A stretch of DNA of 64,000 bases from an uncultured Alphaproteobacteria bacterium (GTDB lineage Bacteria > Pseudomonadota > Alphaproteobacteria > Rhizobiales > Xanthobacteraceae). Shown here in pieces: positions 1 through 9,849 of this stretch. How positions within the stretch are numbered: the first letter of the stretch is position 1; each line of letters starts with the position of its first letter. The DNA lies in the NCBI GenBank assembly GCA_963704765.1, contig CAVPHQ010000001.1:1864024-1928023 (forward strand), given 5' to 3'. The position numbers were made by a program, and so were the translations under genes. Below the pieces are notes generated by a model. That model saw only the letters and a program-made list of their open reading frames with translations. It ran no database searches and was not told the origin of the DNA.

Positions 1-1132
1 TGCTCCCTGGGGCCGGTGTCGGGCGGGGCGACGAGGGTCGGCGATCGAGCTCTCCGAGCGGCAGATACGGCACGACGCCGCTGCCGCGTTGCCCGGTGTT
101 CGGATCGATGATGATCTTGTCGATATTGCCGAAAACGCGCTCCATGGTCTCGAGATAGAGACGCCGGCGCGTGACCTCCGGCGCCTTCTTGTACTCTTCG
201 AAGACGCTCATGTAGCGCGCCGCCTGGCCGCGCGCCTCGGCGACGGTCTGTTCGCGATAGGCTTCGGCGGCTTGCGTGATTTGCGCCCCGCGGCCGCGCG
301 CTTCGGGCACCACCCGGTTGGCATAGGCCTGCGCTTCGTTCTGCACGCGCTCGGCGTCGGCGCGCGCCGCCTGCACGTCACGGAACGAATCGATCACCTG
401 CGCCGGCGGATCGACTTTTTGCATCTGCACCTGGGTAATGGTGACGCCGGCGCCGTATTCGTTGAGCGTCTTCTGCATCAAGTCGTGCACCGCAAGCTCG
501 ATGTTCTGCCGCGCGCCGGTCAGAATCGGCTGGATTTGGTTGCGGCCGATCACTTCGCGCATGACGCTTTCCGCCACCGCTTTGATCGTGCCCTCCGGGT
601 ATTGGACGTTGAACAGATAATTCGCCGCGTTGTTGACGATCCAGAACACCGACAGATCGACGTCGACGATATTCTCGTCGCCGGTGAGCATCAGGCTCTC
701 CTCCGGCACGTCGCGCATCGCGGTGCCGCGGCGCGGATCCTCGATCAGACGCATGCCGACATCGACGCGCTTGACCCGCGTCACGTTCGGCGTGAGCGCG
801 GTCTCGATCGGGTAGGGCCAGTGATAATTGAGGCCGGGCTGCGTGAGCTGCACGAACTTGCCGAAGCGCAGCACCACGCCCTGCTCGTCGGGCTCGACGC
901 GATAGAAGCCGGAAAGCATCCAGACCACCACCAGCGCCAGGATAACGAGCGCGGTTCCGCGCCCGCCGAAGTTTCCGCTGCCCGGCAGCACGCTCTTCAG
1001 CCGGTCCTGGCCCCTGCGGATCAGATCCTCGAGATTGGGAGGAGTCGGACCGCCGGATTGCGGTCCCTGGCCCCAGGGGCCGCGCGGGCCACCGCCGCCC
1101 CAAGGTCCGCCGCTCTGATTCTTCCACGGCAT
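1..1132 (-). CDS. hflK: HflK (SPFH/band-7 modulator of FtsH), 3' end runs off the window
   Basis: Own reverse translation from ATG at 1132: MPWKNQSGGPWGGGGPRGPWGQGP..., one TM helix, then GFYRVEPDEQGVVLRFGKF...NEAQAYANRVVPEARG. Open to position 1. Absent from the ORF track because it has no stop in the window. Confidence 0.85.
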   Translation of the reverse strand, partial: MPWKNQSGGPWGGGGPRGPWGQGPQSGGPTPPNLEDLIRRGQDRLKSVLPGSGNFGGRGTALVILALVVVWMLSGFYRVEPDEQGVVLRFGKFVQLTQPGLNYHWPYPIETALTPNVTRVKRVDVGMRLIEDPRRGTAMRDVPEESLMLTGDENIVDVDLSVFWIVNNAANYLFNVQYPEGTIKAVAESVMREVIGRNQIQPILTGARQNIELAVHDLMQKTLNEYGAGVTITQVQMQKVDPPAQVIDSFRDVQAARADAERVQNEAQAYANRVVPEARGRGAQITQAAEAYREQTVAEARGQAARYMSVFEEYKKAPEVTRRRLYLETMERVFGNIDKIIIDPNTGQRGSGVVPYLPLGELDRRPSSPRPTPAPGS

Positions 1133-1293
1133 GCCGCTGATCTCCTCCCACCGATATGACCTGGCGCCCTGCGGCCTCTTGGCCGCGGCTGCTCTTTTGG
1201 GTCAATCCGATATAGGGAACCGCAGGGCTTTGTACAACGCAATCCCGCGCGAGCATTGGCAGAGGGGGTTTCCGCCCCGTAGCCGCAGGTAAA

Positions 1294-1560
1294 TCAGTTG
1301 CCGCGTTGGCCCTTTTCGCGCTTTGCGCCGCCGGCCTCGCCGTTCCGGAAGTGATCGAGCACGTAGAGACGGATGGCGGACGAAAGATTGCCCTGGCTGC
1401 GGGAATCGTCGATGGAGGCGACGACGTCGGAGAGGGTTTTATCGCGCGCGGCCGCGATCTCCTTGAGCGAGTCCCAGAACGCGTCCTCGAGGCTCACGCT
1501 CGTCTTGTGACCGGCGATTACGATCGATCGTTTGACGACCGGACTCTTCATCGCCATCAC
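1294..1560 (-). CDS. ribbon-helix-helix domain protein (RHH_4-like)
   Basis: 88 aa. KRSIVIAGHKTSVSLEDAFWDSLKEIAA...NLSSAIRLYVLDH matches the RHH_4 pattern. 4-nt overlap with the upstream DUF4169 gene. Confidence 0.65.
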   Translation of the reverse strand: MMAMKSPVVKRSIVIAGHKTSVSLEDAFWDSLKEIAAARDKTLSDVVASIDDSRSQGNLSSAIRLYVLDHFRNGEAGGAKREKGQRGN

Positions 1561-1757
1561 CTCGACCCATCCGGGTTACGTCCCGGATCGCGGCGATGCG
1601 ATTCGAGCGCGCGCTCGCGTTTCTGCTCGCGAGCCCGCACGAGGCTTTTCTCGGCTCCGCTCCGGCCAAAAAGTGCGCGGTTTTCCGCGGCGCGCGACGC
1701 GGCTTTGGAGCGCGCGCGCGCCTTGCGGGCCAGGCGCAAATTGACGATATCGGCCAT
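1557..1757 (-). CDS. DUF4169-family small basic protein
   Basis: 66 aa. MADIVNLRLARKARARS...AENRALFGRSGAEK is the typical DUF4169 signature. Confidence 0.55.
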   Translation of the reverse strand: MADIVNLRLARKARARSKAASRAAENRALFGRSGAEKSLVRAREQKRERALESHRRDPGRNPDGSR

Positions 1758-2061
1758 CGGTCTGCTCGAACCCCCTCATTCGAGACCCGTGGACCAGCTC
1801 CAGCGAAAAATGCGCCGGTTCGCTCGGCAAATCCCGCGCTTGTTATCTTAAAACCGGAAGCACACGCGGACGCTTCCAGCTTGTTTCAATGGTAATGCTA
1901 CCATGTGTCATATAGATGCGACACTTCGTCCGTTCGGTACGTTCGTAGGGAATTTCGTCCCACTTTGCCCACGCTATAGGCATTCCCTATTTCACTCCAC
2001 ACCTCGTTTCCGGCGCCCGCACTGCATGCTAAGCGGAACGCCGGGTGGGAAGGACAGGCCG

Positions 2062-3465
2062 ATGAACAAGCCAAGCCCGGCAACCCGCACCGAAACGGAC
2101 AGTTTCGGACCGATCGAGGTGCCTGCCGACCGTTATTGGGGCGCGCAGACCGAGCGCTCCTTGGAAAACTTCAAAATCGGCGGCGAACGCATGCCCAAGC
2201 CGATCGTGCGCGCGTTCGGCATCGTGAAGCGCGCGGCCGCGCTGGTGAACCAGGACATGGGGCTGCTCGACGGCAAGCTCGCCGACGCCATCACCGCCGC
2301 CGCCCAGGAAGTGATCGACGGCAAGCTCGACGAGCACTTCCCGCTCGTGGTCTGGCAGACCGGCTCGGGCACCCAGTCCAATATGAACGCCAACGAAGTG
2401 ATCGGAAACCGGGCGATCGAGATGCTCGGCGGCGTCCTGGGCTCGAAGAAGCCGGTGCACCCCAACGACCACGTCAATCTTTCGCAGTCGTCGAACGACT
2501 CCTTCCCCAGCGCCATGCATATCGCGGCCGCCGAGGAGATCGTCCGCCGGCTGCTGCCGGCGCTGAAGCATCTGCACGCCGCGCTCGACAAGAAGGCGAA
2601 GGAATTCGATCGCATCATCAAGATCGGCCGCACCCACACCCAGGACGCCACCCCGCTGACGCTGGGCCAGGAATTTTCCGGCTACGCCGCGCAGGTGGCC
2701 TCCGGCATCAAGCGCGTCGAGCAGACCTTGCCCGAGCAATACATGCTCGCCCAGGGCGGCACCGCGGTCGGCACCGGGCTCAACGCCAAGAAGGGCTTCG
2801 CCGAAAAGTTCGCAGCCGAGGTCGCAAAGATCACCGGGCTTCCCTTCGTCAGCGCGCCGAACAAATTCGAGGTCATGGCCGCACACGACGCATACGTCGC
2901 AGCCCAAGGCGCGCTCACCTCCGTGGCCACCGCCTTGTTCAAGATCGCCAACGACATTCGACTGCTCGCCTCCGGCCCGCGCTCCGGCTTCGGCGAGCTT
3001 TCGCTGCCGGAAAACGAGCCCGGCTCCTCGATCATGCCCGGCAAGGTGAACCCGACCCAGTGCGAGGCGCTGACCATGGTCTGCTGCCAGGTGTTCGGAA
3101 ACCAGACCACGGTTTCGGTCGCCGGCTCCCAGGGCCATTTCGAATTGAACGTCTACAAGCCGGTGATGGCGTTAGCGCTGCTGCAGTCGATCCGGCTTTT
3201 GGCGGATGCGGCCCGCTCCTTCACCGATCATTGCGTAGTCGGCATCAAGGCCAATGAAAAACGAATCGCCGAGCTGATGGAGCGCTCGCTGATGCTGGTG
3301 ACCGCGCTCACGCCCAAAATCGGCTACGACAACGCGGCCAAGATCGCCAAGGCCGCGCATGCCAACGGCACCACGCTCCGCCACGAAGCGGTCAAGGGTG
3401 GGTACGTGACGGAGGCGGAGTTCGACGCACTGGTCCGGCCGGAGAAGATGATCGGGCCGAGTTGA
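2062..3465 (+). CDS. fumC: fumarate hydratase class II
   Basis: [39 protein letters not shown] signature. Start moved to MNKPS (ATG 2062) inside track ORF 1903..3465. Confidence 0.95.
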   Translation: MNKPSPATRTETDSFGPIEVPADRYWGAQTERSLENFKIGGERMPKPIVRAFGIVKRAAALVNQDMGLLDGKLADAITAAAQEVIDGKLDEHFPLVVWQTGSGTQSNMNANEVIGNRAIEMLGGVLGSKKPVHPNDHVNLSQSSNDSFPSAMHIAAAEEIVRRLLPALKHLHAALDKKAKEFDRIIKIGRTHTQDATPLTLGQEFSGYAAQVASGIKRVEQTLPEQYMLAQGGTAVGTGLNAKKGFAEKFAAEVAKITGLPFVSAPNKFEVMAAHDAYVAAQGALTSVATALFKIANDIRLLASGPRSGFGELSLPENEPGSSIMPGKVNPTQCEALTMVCCQVFGNQTTVSVAGSQGHFELNVYKPVMALALLQSIRLLADAARSFTDHCVVGIKANEKRIAELMERSLMLVTALTPKIGYDNAAKIAKAAHANGTTLRHEAVKGGYVTEAEFDALVRPEKMIGPS

Positions 3466-3480
3466 AGGATTTCGGCGTCA

Positions 3481-3517
3481 CATTAACGAAATTTCATCCG
3501 CATTACCGAAGTTTCAT
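3481..3517. promoter_or_regulatory. two 17-bp direct repeats (period 20 bp) upstream of the CpxP-like gene
   Basis: CATTAACGAAATTTCAT (3481-3497) and CATTACCGAAGTTTCAT (3501-3517), 65 nt before the start codon. Looks like a response-regulator-type tandem site. Confidence 0.3.
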
Positions 3518-3582
3518 TTGAACGCGGGCCTGAGCGTTCCCATCATCTGACAACATCAAGAGCGCCCCGAAAGGAGCTCCCC

Positions 3583-4397
3583 ATGAGGAAGGCCCTGATT
3601 CTCGCCACGACCGCCGCCGTGCTCGGTGGCTCGTTGCTTGCCTACAACGTCTACGCGCAGCAACAGCCGCCCGCGCGCTCGCGCTGGCAGCCTAGCGCCG
3701 CCGACATCGGCGCGTTCGCCAATGCGCGCATCGCCGCCATCCACGCCGGGCTCGCGCTCAGTTCCGAGCAAGAAGCGCTCTGGCCGCCGGTCGAGACGGT
3801 GCTCAAGGACATCGCCAAACGGCGCGCTGAACGCTTCGAGAAGTTCCGCGCTGAGCGCTTGGCGCAGACCCGGCCCAGCCTCCGGCGCAAGCACAACCGC
3901 CGGCCCAGACGCAAACCCCCGCTCAGCCTACGCTGCCGGATGCGATCACCCGTATGCGCCGCGGCGCCGAATTCATGGGTGAGCGCGCCGCCGACCTGAA
4001 GAAGCTCGCCGACGCCGCCCAGCCGCTCTATGAGAAGCTCGACGACGGGCAGAAGCGCCGCTTCGCCATGCTGCTGCGCACCGGAATGCGCCCGGGCATG
4101 CAAAATCGTTTCGCCCGCTGGCGCGACCGCGCCGAGATGCGCGGCGACGACTATCGCGACGGCTGGCGGCATCATGGCCCCGGCATGAGCCCGCGCTTCG
4201 GCCAGCGCGAGAATGACGGCCCTGGCGGCCCCGGCCCGCGCCGTTCTTGGCGTGAAGACGACGGCCCGCGCGGCCCCGGCATGGAGCGCCGTTTCGGACG
4301 CCGTGACGACGACGGCCCGCGTGGCCCGCGCATGGGCTGGCGCGACCGTGACGACCGGCTCGGCCTGCAATTCGACGAGCAGGGCGAGCGCCTCTAA
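3583..4397 (+). CDS. Spy/CpxP-family periplasmic protein (LTXXQ-like), frame-shifted as assembled near 3868
   Basis: Signal peptide MRKALILATTAAVLGGSLLAYNVYA, then LSSEQEALWPP. Continues in the frame of ORF 3954..4397 (LADAAQPLYEKLDDGQKRRFAMLL). C-terminal DDGPRGPG repeats. Confidence 0.6.
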
Positions 4398-4521
4398 GAC
4401 CTCTGCGGTCTGAGCAGATGCATGCGAGCCGCCGGTCCTCCGGCGGCTCGTTGCGTTAATACGTTTGCGACGTTCGTGTGAGATACGGGTGGGAGTCTAT
4501 TTAGCTAAGCTCACCGGCAGC

Positions 4522-5802
4522 ATGAAACTCGAACCCGATCTTTCCTTTCTTCCCTCCGGTCCCAACGGGCCGTGGACCACCTATCTCGAGCAGGTCGACC
4601 GCGTGGCGCCCTATCTCGGCGACCTCGGCCGCTGGATCGAGACGCTCAAGCATCCGCGGCGCTGCCTCGTCGTCGACGTGCCGATCGAACTCGATGACGG
4701 GAGGCTCGCGCACTTCGAGGGCTACCGCGTCCAGCACAACACCTCGCGCGGGCCCGGCAAGGGCGGCGTGCGCTTCCACCAGGCGGTCACGCTCTCCGAG
4801 GTCATGGCGCTCGCTGCCTGGATGACGATCAAGAACGCGGCGGTGAACATGCCCTATGGCGGCGCCAAGGGCGGCGTACGCGTCGACCCCGCCAAGCTCT
4901 CGAGGAAAGAACTCGAGCGGCTGACGCGCCGCTACACCAGCGAGATCAGCGTTTTCATCGGACCGGACCGCGACGTCCCCGCGCCGGACGTGGGCACCGA
5001 CGCGCAGATTATGGCCTGGATGATGGACACCTACTCCGCCAACCACGGCAGCACCGTAACCGGCGTCGTGACCGGCAAGCCGATCGCGCTCGGCGGCAGC
5101 CAGGGCCGCAGGGAGGCCACCGGCCGCGGGGTCTATGTGACGGCTGCGCGGGCTGCGCAGCGCGAGGGAATTTCGCTCGACGGCGCGCGCTTCGCCATCC
5201 AGGGCTTCGGCAATGTCGGCAATGCCGCGGCCCGCATCCTGCAGTCGCACGGCGCCAAGCTGGTGGCCGTGCAGGATGCGACCGCCACGCTGGTGAATTC
5301 CAAGGGCATCGATACCCGCGCGCTCACCGCCTATGTCGAACGCGAACGCGGAATTCGCGGATTCAAGGACGCCGACTCGATCGCGGACGAGGAGTTCTGG
5401 GACCAGGAAGTGGAATTCATGATTCCGGCCGCGCTCGAGCAGCAGATCGACGCCAAGCGCGCCCGGCGCATCCGCGCCAAGATGGTGGTCGAGGCGGCGA
5501 ACGGCCCGACCGTGCCCGAGGCCGACGATATCCTGGCCGAGCGCGGGATCACCGTGGTGCCCGACGTGGTCGCCAATGCCGGCGGCGTCATGGTCAGCTA
5601 TTTCGAATGGGTGCAGGATTTCTCGAGCTATTTCTGGACCGAGCAGGAGATCAACGCGCGGCTGGAAAATCTGCTGTCCGACGCGTTCCGCTCGGTGTGC
5701 CAGACCGCCGAGCAGCACAAGGTCACGCTGCGCACCGCGGCCTATATCATCGCCTGCCGCCGCGTGCTGGAAGCGCGCGCACTGCGCGGCCTGTATCCCT
5801 GA
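4522..5802 (+). CDS. gdhA: Glu/Leu/Phe/Val dehydrogenase family (glutamate dehydrogenase)
   Basis: [10 protein letters not shown] and [13 protein letters not shown] motifs, Rossmann motif GFGNVG. Start at MKLEP (ATG 4522). Confidence 0.88.
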   Translation: MKLEPDLSFLPSGPNGPWTTYLEQVDRVAPYLGDLGRWIETLKHPRRCLVVDVPIELDDGRLAHFEGYRVQHNTSRGPGKGGVRFHQAVTLSEVMALAAWMTIKNAAVNMPYGGAKGGVRVDPAKLSRKELERLTRRYTSEISVFIGPDRDVPAPDVGTDAQIMAWMMDTYSANHGSTVTGVVTGKPIALGGSQGRREATGRGVYVTAARAAQREGISLDGARFAIQGFGNVGNAAARILQSHGAKLVAVQDATATLVNSKGIDTRALTAYVERERGIRGFKDADSIADEEFWDQEVEFMIPAALEQQIDAKRARRIRAKMVVEAANGPTVPEADDILAERGITVVPDVVANAGGVMVSYFEWVQDFSSYFWTEQEINARLENLLSDAFRSVCQTAEQHKVTLRTAAYIIACRRVLEARALRGLYP

Positions 5803-5821
5803 CGCACGTCATCCCTAGCGC

Positions 5822-6082
5822 TCACTTGCCGGGTCGGCGGCGCCAATTCGCGTCGTAGCAGCGCTTCCGATCGCCGCGCCTGCCATAGACGATGGATTCG
5901 ATCTCGTCGGCGTGCAGGCCGATATCGTTCAGCGTACGGCTGTCGAGGGAACCAAGAATCTTGAGCGTCGCCCTGCGGGCTTGCCAGTCCTGGAAAGCGT
6001 GCCAGACGCCTTTCAGCATCTCAGCGACCCGAGCTGCCGGCGTCAGAAAATTGCGGACGGTCGTGGATTGAACGGAAGTCAT
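5822..6082 (-). CDS. DUF1127 domain protein
   Basis: 86 aa. WQARRATLKILGSLDSRTLNDIGLHADEI is the DUF1127 core. Confidence 0.75.
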   Translation of the reverse strand: MTSVQSTTVRNFLTPAARVAEMLKGVWHAFQDWQARRATLKILGSLDSRTLNDIGLHADEIESIVYGRRGDRKRCYDANWRRRPGK

Positions 6083-6123
6083 GAAAAGCCCTCCTTTTGG
6101 TCGGGCTCAATCTGAAACAGGCT

Positions 6124-6190
6124 TGCTGACAGCCTGCTGTCAGCAGCCTTGACTGGCTCTGACATCCTCCTGACAACATGGTGTCAGGAG
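6124..6190. promoter_or_regulatory. two perfect inverted repeats in the DUF1127/yafY divergent intergenic region
   Basis: TGCTGACAGC-ct-GCTGTCAGCA (6124-6145) and CTCCTGACA-acatgg-TGTCAGGAG (6167-6190). Both are built on a CTGACA/TGTCAG core. Confidence 0.35.
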
Positions 6191-6237
6191 CCTTAGTCTA
6201 AGAGGTCCGAACGCACACCCAGCCGACAGGTTCAAGC

Positions 6238-6957
6238 TTGCGCCGCGCCGACCGACTGTTCGAGATCATCCAGTTCATGCGCCGCAAGGAGCTGACGCGC
6301 GCGCGCGATCTGAGCGAGGCGCTCGAGGTCTCCGAGCGCACCATTTACCGCGACATCCAGGATCTGGCGGCCAGCGGCGTCCCCATCGAGGGCGAAGCCG
6401 GCGTCGGCTACGTGCTGAAGGCCGGTTTCGACCTTCCGCCGCTCATGTTCAAGGAGCAGGAGATCGAAGCCCTGGTGCTCGGCGCGCGTATCGTCGAATC
6501 CTGGGCGGACGCGGAACTCTCGGCCGCGGCTTCCGATGTCATTGCCAAGGTGGAAGCGGTCATTCCGGAGCGGCTGCGCGGCTATATGGCGAATACCGCG
6601 CTGCTCGCTCCCGCGCACCACTACATGGAACCGGTCACTTTCGACATGGCGGAGTTGCGCCGGGCAGTTCGCAACCATCTCAAGGTCCATTTCCAATATC
6701 GCAACGCGATTGCCGAAGATTCGCAGCGCACCGTGCGGCCGCTCTGTCTCGCCTATTTCGGTCCGGTCTGGCTGCTCTCGGCCTGGTGCGAGCTGCGCGA
6801 GGATTTCCGCACCTTCCGGCTCGACCGCATCGAGAACTTCGAAGTGCGAACGGATCGCTTCCCGTCCGAGCCCGGCAAAACCCTGCACGATTTTCTCAAG
6901 CGCGATCAGACCTGGACGCGGCGATCGGGCTCGGTGCAGGACGCCGAGATCGAATAA
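6238..6957 (+). CDS. YafY-family transcriptional regulator (HTH + WYL domain)
   Basis: MRRADRLFEIIQFMRRKELTRARDLSEALEVSERTIYRDIQDL (HTH_11) plus a WYL-type C-terminal half (VHFQYRN...FRLDRI). Non-ATG start in the track. Confidence 0.85.
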   Translation: MRRADRLFEIIQFMRRKELTRARDLSEALEVSERTIYRDIQDLAASGVPIEGEAGVGYVLKAGFDLPPLMFKEQEIEALVLGARIVESWADAELSAAASDVIAKVEAVIPERLRGYMANTALLAPAHHYMEPVTFDMAELRRAVRNHLKVHFQYRNAIAEDSQRTVRPLCLAYFGPVWLLSAWCELREDFRTFRLDRIENFEVRTDRFPSEPGKTLHDFLKRDQTWTRRSGSVQDAEIE

Positions 6958-7007
6958 AGCCGGCCCGCTGCTCGAAGCCCGTGCGCTGCGGGCGCTTTGA
7001 ATGGGCG

Positions 7008-7484
7008 TCACTTCTTGTAGAGACCGCGCAGGCTGCCTTGCCGCCAATGGATGTCGTCGATGCGCCATCCCGCCGCGGTCTTGATCAGATCGAGCCGCAC
7101 ATGGCGCGCCTCGCCGAAATTGGCGAAGGCGACGGTCGCCACCGCGCGGCCCGGGCCGCTATCCTTTAGCTCGATGGCGAGCCCTTTGACCTCCCAGTCC
7201 TGCGCATCGATGAACGGATCGCCGTTGAGCGCCGGCACCTCGCCTTTGGCCGCCGCCCTCTTCCCGTCGCGATCGATCAGCGCGGCCAATGCCGGCGTGA
7301 AATAGCGCTCGAGCAACGGCCGCGAATTGATCCGGGTGCCGGGCGAGTTCGGCGTCGAATAGGCCGAATAGATGCCGTCGAGGAAACTTCGCGCCGCCGG
7401 ATCCTGCGCGACCGCGCCGATGGCCGAAACGAAAGCGAACAACACGGCAATCAGGCCGCCGCAAACCATCGCACGAATTTTCAT
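7008..7484 (-). CDS. secreted hypothetical protein (DUF3828-like)
   Basis: 158 aa with signal peptide MKIRAMVCGGLIAVLFAFVSAIGAVA. GDPFIDAQDW motif. Confidence 0.55.
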   Translation of the reverse strand: MKIRAMVCGGLIAVLFAFVSAIGAVAQDPAARSFLDGIYSAYSTPNSPGTRINSRPLLERYFTPALAALIDRDGKRAAAKGEVPALNGDPFIDAQDWEVKGLAIELKDSGPGRAVATVAFANFGEARHVRLDLIKTAAGWRIDDIHWRQGSLRGLYKK

Positions 7485-7508
7485 GACTCCCCCGCTTACG
7501 GAACCGAC

Positions 7509-8303
7509 TTACACCGCCACCTGCGCCTTGATCGCCGGATGCGGGTCGTAGCCCTCGAATACGACATCCTCATAGCGGAAGCCGAGAATATCCTGGATCG
7601 CAGCATTGAGCTTGAGCCGCGGCAGCGGGCGCGGCGCGCGCGTGAGCTGCAGCTCGGCCTGCTCCAGATGATTGAGATAGAGATGCGCGTCGCCGAACGT
7701 GTGGATGAATTCGCCGGGCTTGAGGCCCGTCACCTGCGCGACCATGTGCGTGAGCAAGGCGTAGGACGCGATGTTGAACGGCACGCCGAGGAAAATATCC
7801 GCCGAGCGTTGATAGAGCTGACACGAGAGCCGGCCTTCGGCGACGTAGAACTGAAAGAGGCAGTGACAGGGCGGCAGCGCCATCTGCTTCACCGCCGCCG
7901 GGTTCCAGGCGCTCACGATCAGCCGCCGCGAGCTCGGGTTCCTGCGGATCTCGGCGACGACTTCGGCGATCTGGTCGACCGCCGCGCCGTCGGCCGTAGG
8001 CCACGAGCGCCACTGCTGGCCATAGACCGGGCCGAGATCGCCGCGCTCGTCGGCCCATTCGTCCCAGATGCGCACGCCCTGCTCCTGCAGATAGCGTACG
8101 TTGGTGTCGCCGGCGAGAAACCACAGCAGCTCATGCACGATCGACTTGAGATGCAGCTTCTTCGTGGTGACGAGCGGGAAGCCTTGCGCGAGATCGAAGC
8201 GCAGCTGCGCTCCGAAGATGGAAAGCGTGCCCGTGCCGGTGCGGTCGTCCTTGCGGACGCCGTTGCGCAGGATGCGTTCCATGAGATCGAGATATTGGCG
8301 CAT
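7509..8303 (-). CDS. thyA: thymidylate synthase
   Basis: [31 protein letters not shown]..., catalytic [11 protein letters not shown]. 264 aa. Confidence 0.96.
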   Translation of the reverse strand: MRQYLDLMERILRNGVRKDDRTGTGTLSIFGAQLRFDLAQGFPLVTTKKLHLKSIVHELLWFLAGDTNVRYLQEQGVRIWDEWADERGDLGPVYGQQWRSWPTADGAAVDQIAEVVAEIRRNPSSRRLIVSAWNPAAVKQMALPPCHCLFQFYVAEGRLSCQLYQRSADIFLGVPFNIASYALLTHMVAQVTGLKPGEFIHTFGDAHLYLNHLEQAELQLTRAPRPLPRLKLNAAIQDILGFRYEDVVFEGYDPHPAIKAQVAV

Positions 8304-8404
8304 GGGTATTGGCCGGGCCTATCCGATTCGGCCGAAGGGCTCTCGGCCCGCCCAACCTAGGACTGCCACCCTGCCCCGGCCAGTTCGGAGCCGGCTTAGG
8401 TCCC

Positions 8405-8520
8405 CAATTCCGGCCTCAAAAATGTATTATTAGAATTATTATTTTAGAATATATCTTCTATTAAATAATATCTCAAATTGAGCAACTATGGACTAATTAG
8501 AACATCTGATCTAATATTTA
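8405..8520. promoter_or_regulatory. AT-rich (about 22% GC) divergent promoter/operator spacer between thyA and tetR
   Basis: TTAGAA repeated three times. Palindrome ATTAGA-n8-TCTAAT at 8496-8515, 9 nt before the TetR start. Confidence 0.4.
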
Positions 8521-8523
8521 TCA

Positions 8524-9106
8524 ATGGGCCGTCCAGCGCAAATAACCGAGGCAGGGCTTAGGGTTGCGACCGCCCGCGTCGCCGCCCGCCAGGGGGCTGC
8601 CCGCGCCACCATCGCCGAGATCGCTAAAGAGGCCAAAGTGCCCGACCGGCTCGATCTATCACCGGGTCCCCTCCCGGGCCGCCCTATTGGCCGAGGTCTG
8701 GCTCGAGGCTGCCGACCGCTTCGGCACCGCCTTTCTCAGCCGCCTGGGCGAGGCCCGCAGCTTGGATGAAGCCGCGGAGGCGGCGCTCGTCACGCCCCGT
8801 TTCGCCCGCGAGCATCCCGCCGAAGGCGTGATCCTGTTCGTGCACCGGCGCGACGATTTCCTCGACGGCGCGCCGGCCGAAAGCCGCGCCCGCGCGAGCA
8901 AGCTCACGGGCGCTTTGCGCGATGGAATCGCCGCGGCCGCCAAGCGCCTCGCCGCCGATGACCGGCGCGGCCGCGACCGCTTCGCGCTGGCGCTGGTGGG
9001 AATTCCCTACGGCGCCGTGCGCACGTTTCTCCCGCAAGCCGTGCCGCCGGCCGAGCTCGACCGCACTATTCTCGCCGCCGTCCGGGCCGCGCTCGCCGCC
9101 CGCTGA
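8524..9106 (+). CDS. TetR/AcrR family regulator, frame-shifted as assembled near 8642
   Basis: N-terminal HTH GAARATIAEIAKEAKVP continues as TGSIYHRVPSRAALLAEVW in the frame of ORF 8564..9106. There is one extra C in GTGCCCGACC. Confidence 0.75.
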
Positions 9107-9381
9107 TTCGCGGCCCTCAGCGGCAATATGAGTTCGTCGGTGATCAGTTCGACCTCGTCCATGGCGCGGATTTCGGCACAGCTCAGCGGCTTGCCGTCGG
9201 TCCGCGTCAGCGTCACGAGCTGCGGAAGCGCGGAAACCTCGGGCAGACGGCGCTGCGCCTCGGCCTGCCGCTTCCCCGCAACTACTTGTGAATTCGCGGA
9301 AATTCGCAGGTCGCGGCCCGCGTCATGACGCGGACCGGCGAACGCCGGCGCCGCCAGCAACCCCACGAACGCCACCGCCAC
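9007..9381 (-). CDS. hypothetical small secreted protein (3' end doubtful)
   Basis: Weak signal-like N-terminus VAVAFVGLLAAPAFA. The C-terminus overlaps the convergent tetR by 100 nt, so it is probably frame-shifted or shorter. Confidence 0.25.
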   Translation of the reverse strand: MAVAFVGLLAAPAFAGPRHDAGRDLRISANSQVVAGKRQAEAQRRLPEVSALPQLVTLTRTDGKPLSCAEIRAMDEVELITDELILPLRAANQRAASAARTAARIVRSSSAGGTACGRNVRTAP

Positions 9382-9478
9382 AGGAATAGTCTCGGTGCAT
9401 TCTCGGCTCCATCCAATTCAACCTATTGAGCCTCTATGCGAAACCCGTGCCAGCCAGCCATGCATGGACGGCAACCTG

Positions 9479-9555
9479 CTCATTCCCGCACAAGCGGGAA
9501 TCCAGATGGCAAGAGCCCTACCGCCCTGGGTCCCCGCTTTCGCGGGGACGAGCGC
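9479..9555. repeat. REP-like nested palindrome, family A
   Basis: CTCATTCCCGCacaaGCGGGAATCCAG ... GGGTCCCCGCtttcGCGGGGACGAGCG. Confidence 0.7.
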
Positions 9556-9621
9556 AGGCGACGCGCGCGAATGGTGCAGCCGGCCGCGTACCTGCTAGTT
9601 TGCATTCAGAGGGAGGATCTC

Positions 9622-9849
9622 ATGCGCACATTCATCCTGGTCGGCGCGGCCCTGCTGGGCCTGTCGATGATACCCGCGCCGGCGGCGGCGCAGTCGACCT
9701 GTTCCGGCTACCGCGACGCCTGCTTAAAAGCCTGCGCTAACGCGCGGCCGGGCTGCACCAATATTTGCGCCGACGCCTATAGCGGCTGCATGCGCACCGG
9801 CACCTGGAGCGGCAGGCAAGTCACGAAATCCGGCCTCAAGAAGCAGTGA
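9622..9849 (+). CDS. small secreted cysteine-rich protein (75 aa)
   Basis: RBS GGGAGGA, then MRTFILVGAALLGLSMIPAPAAA signal. 6 Cys in the 52-aa mature part. Bracketed by a 29-bp direct repeat. Confidence 0.55.
   Translation: MRTFILVGAALLGLSMIPAPAAAQSTCSGYRDACLKACANARPGCTNICADAYSGCMRTGTWSGRQVTKSGLKKQ

Noticed and set aside
89-1256. 356-aa plus-strand and 292-aa minus-strand ORFs at the window start
   Set aside because: Both have Arg/Ala/Gly-rich low-complexity translations typical of wrong frames in high-GC DNA. The third minus frame gives a textbook HflK.
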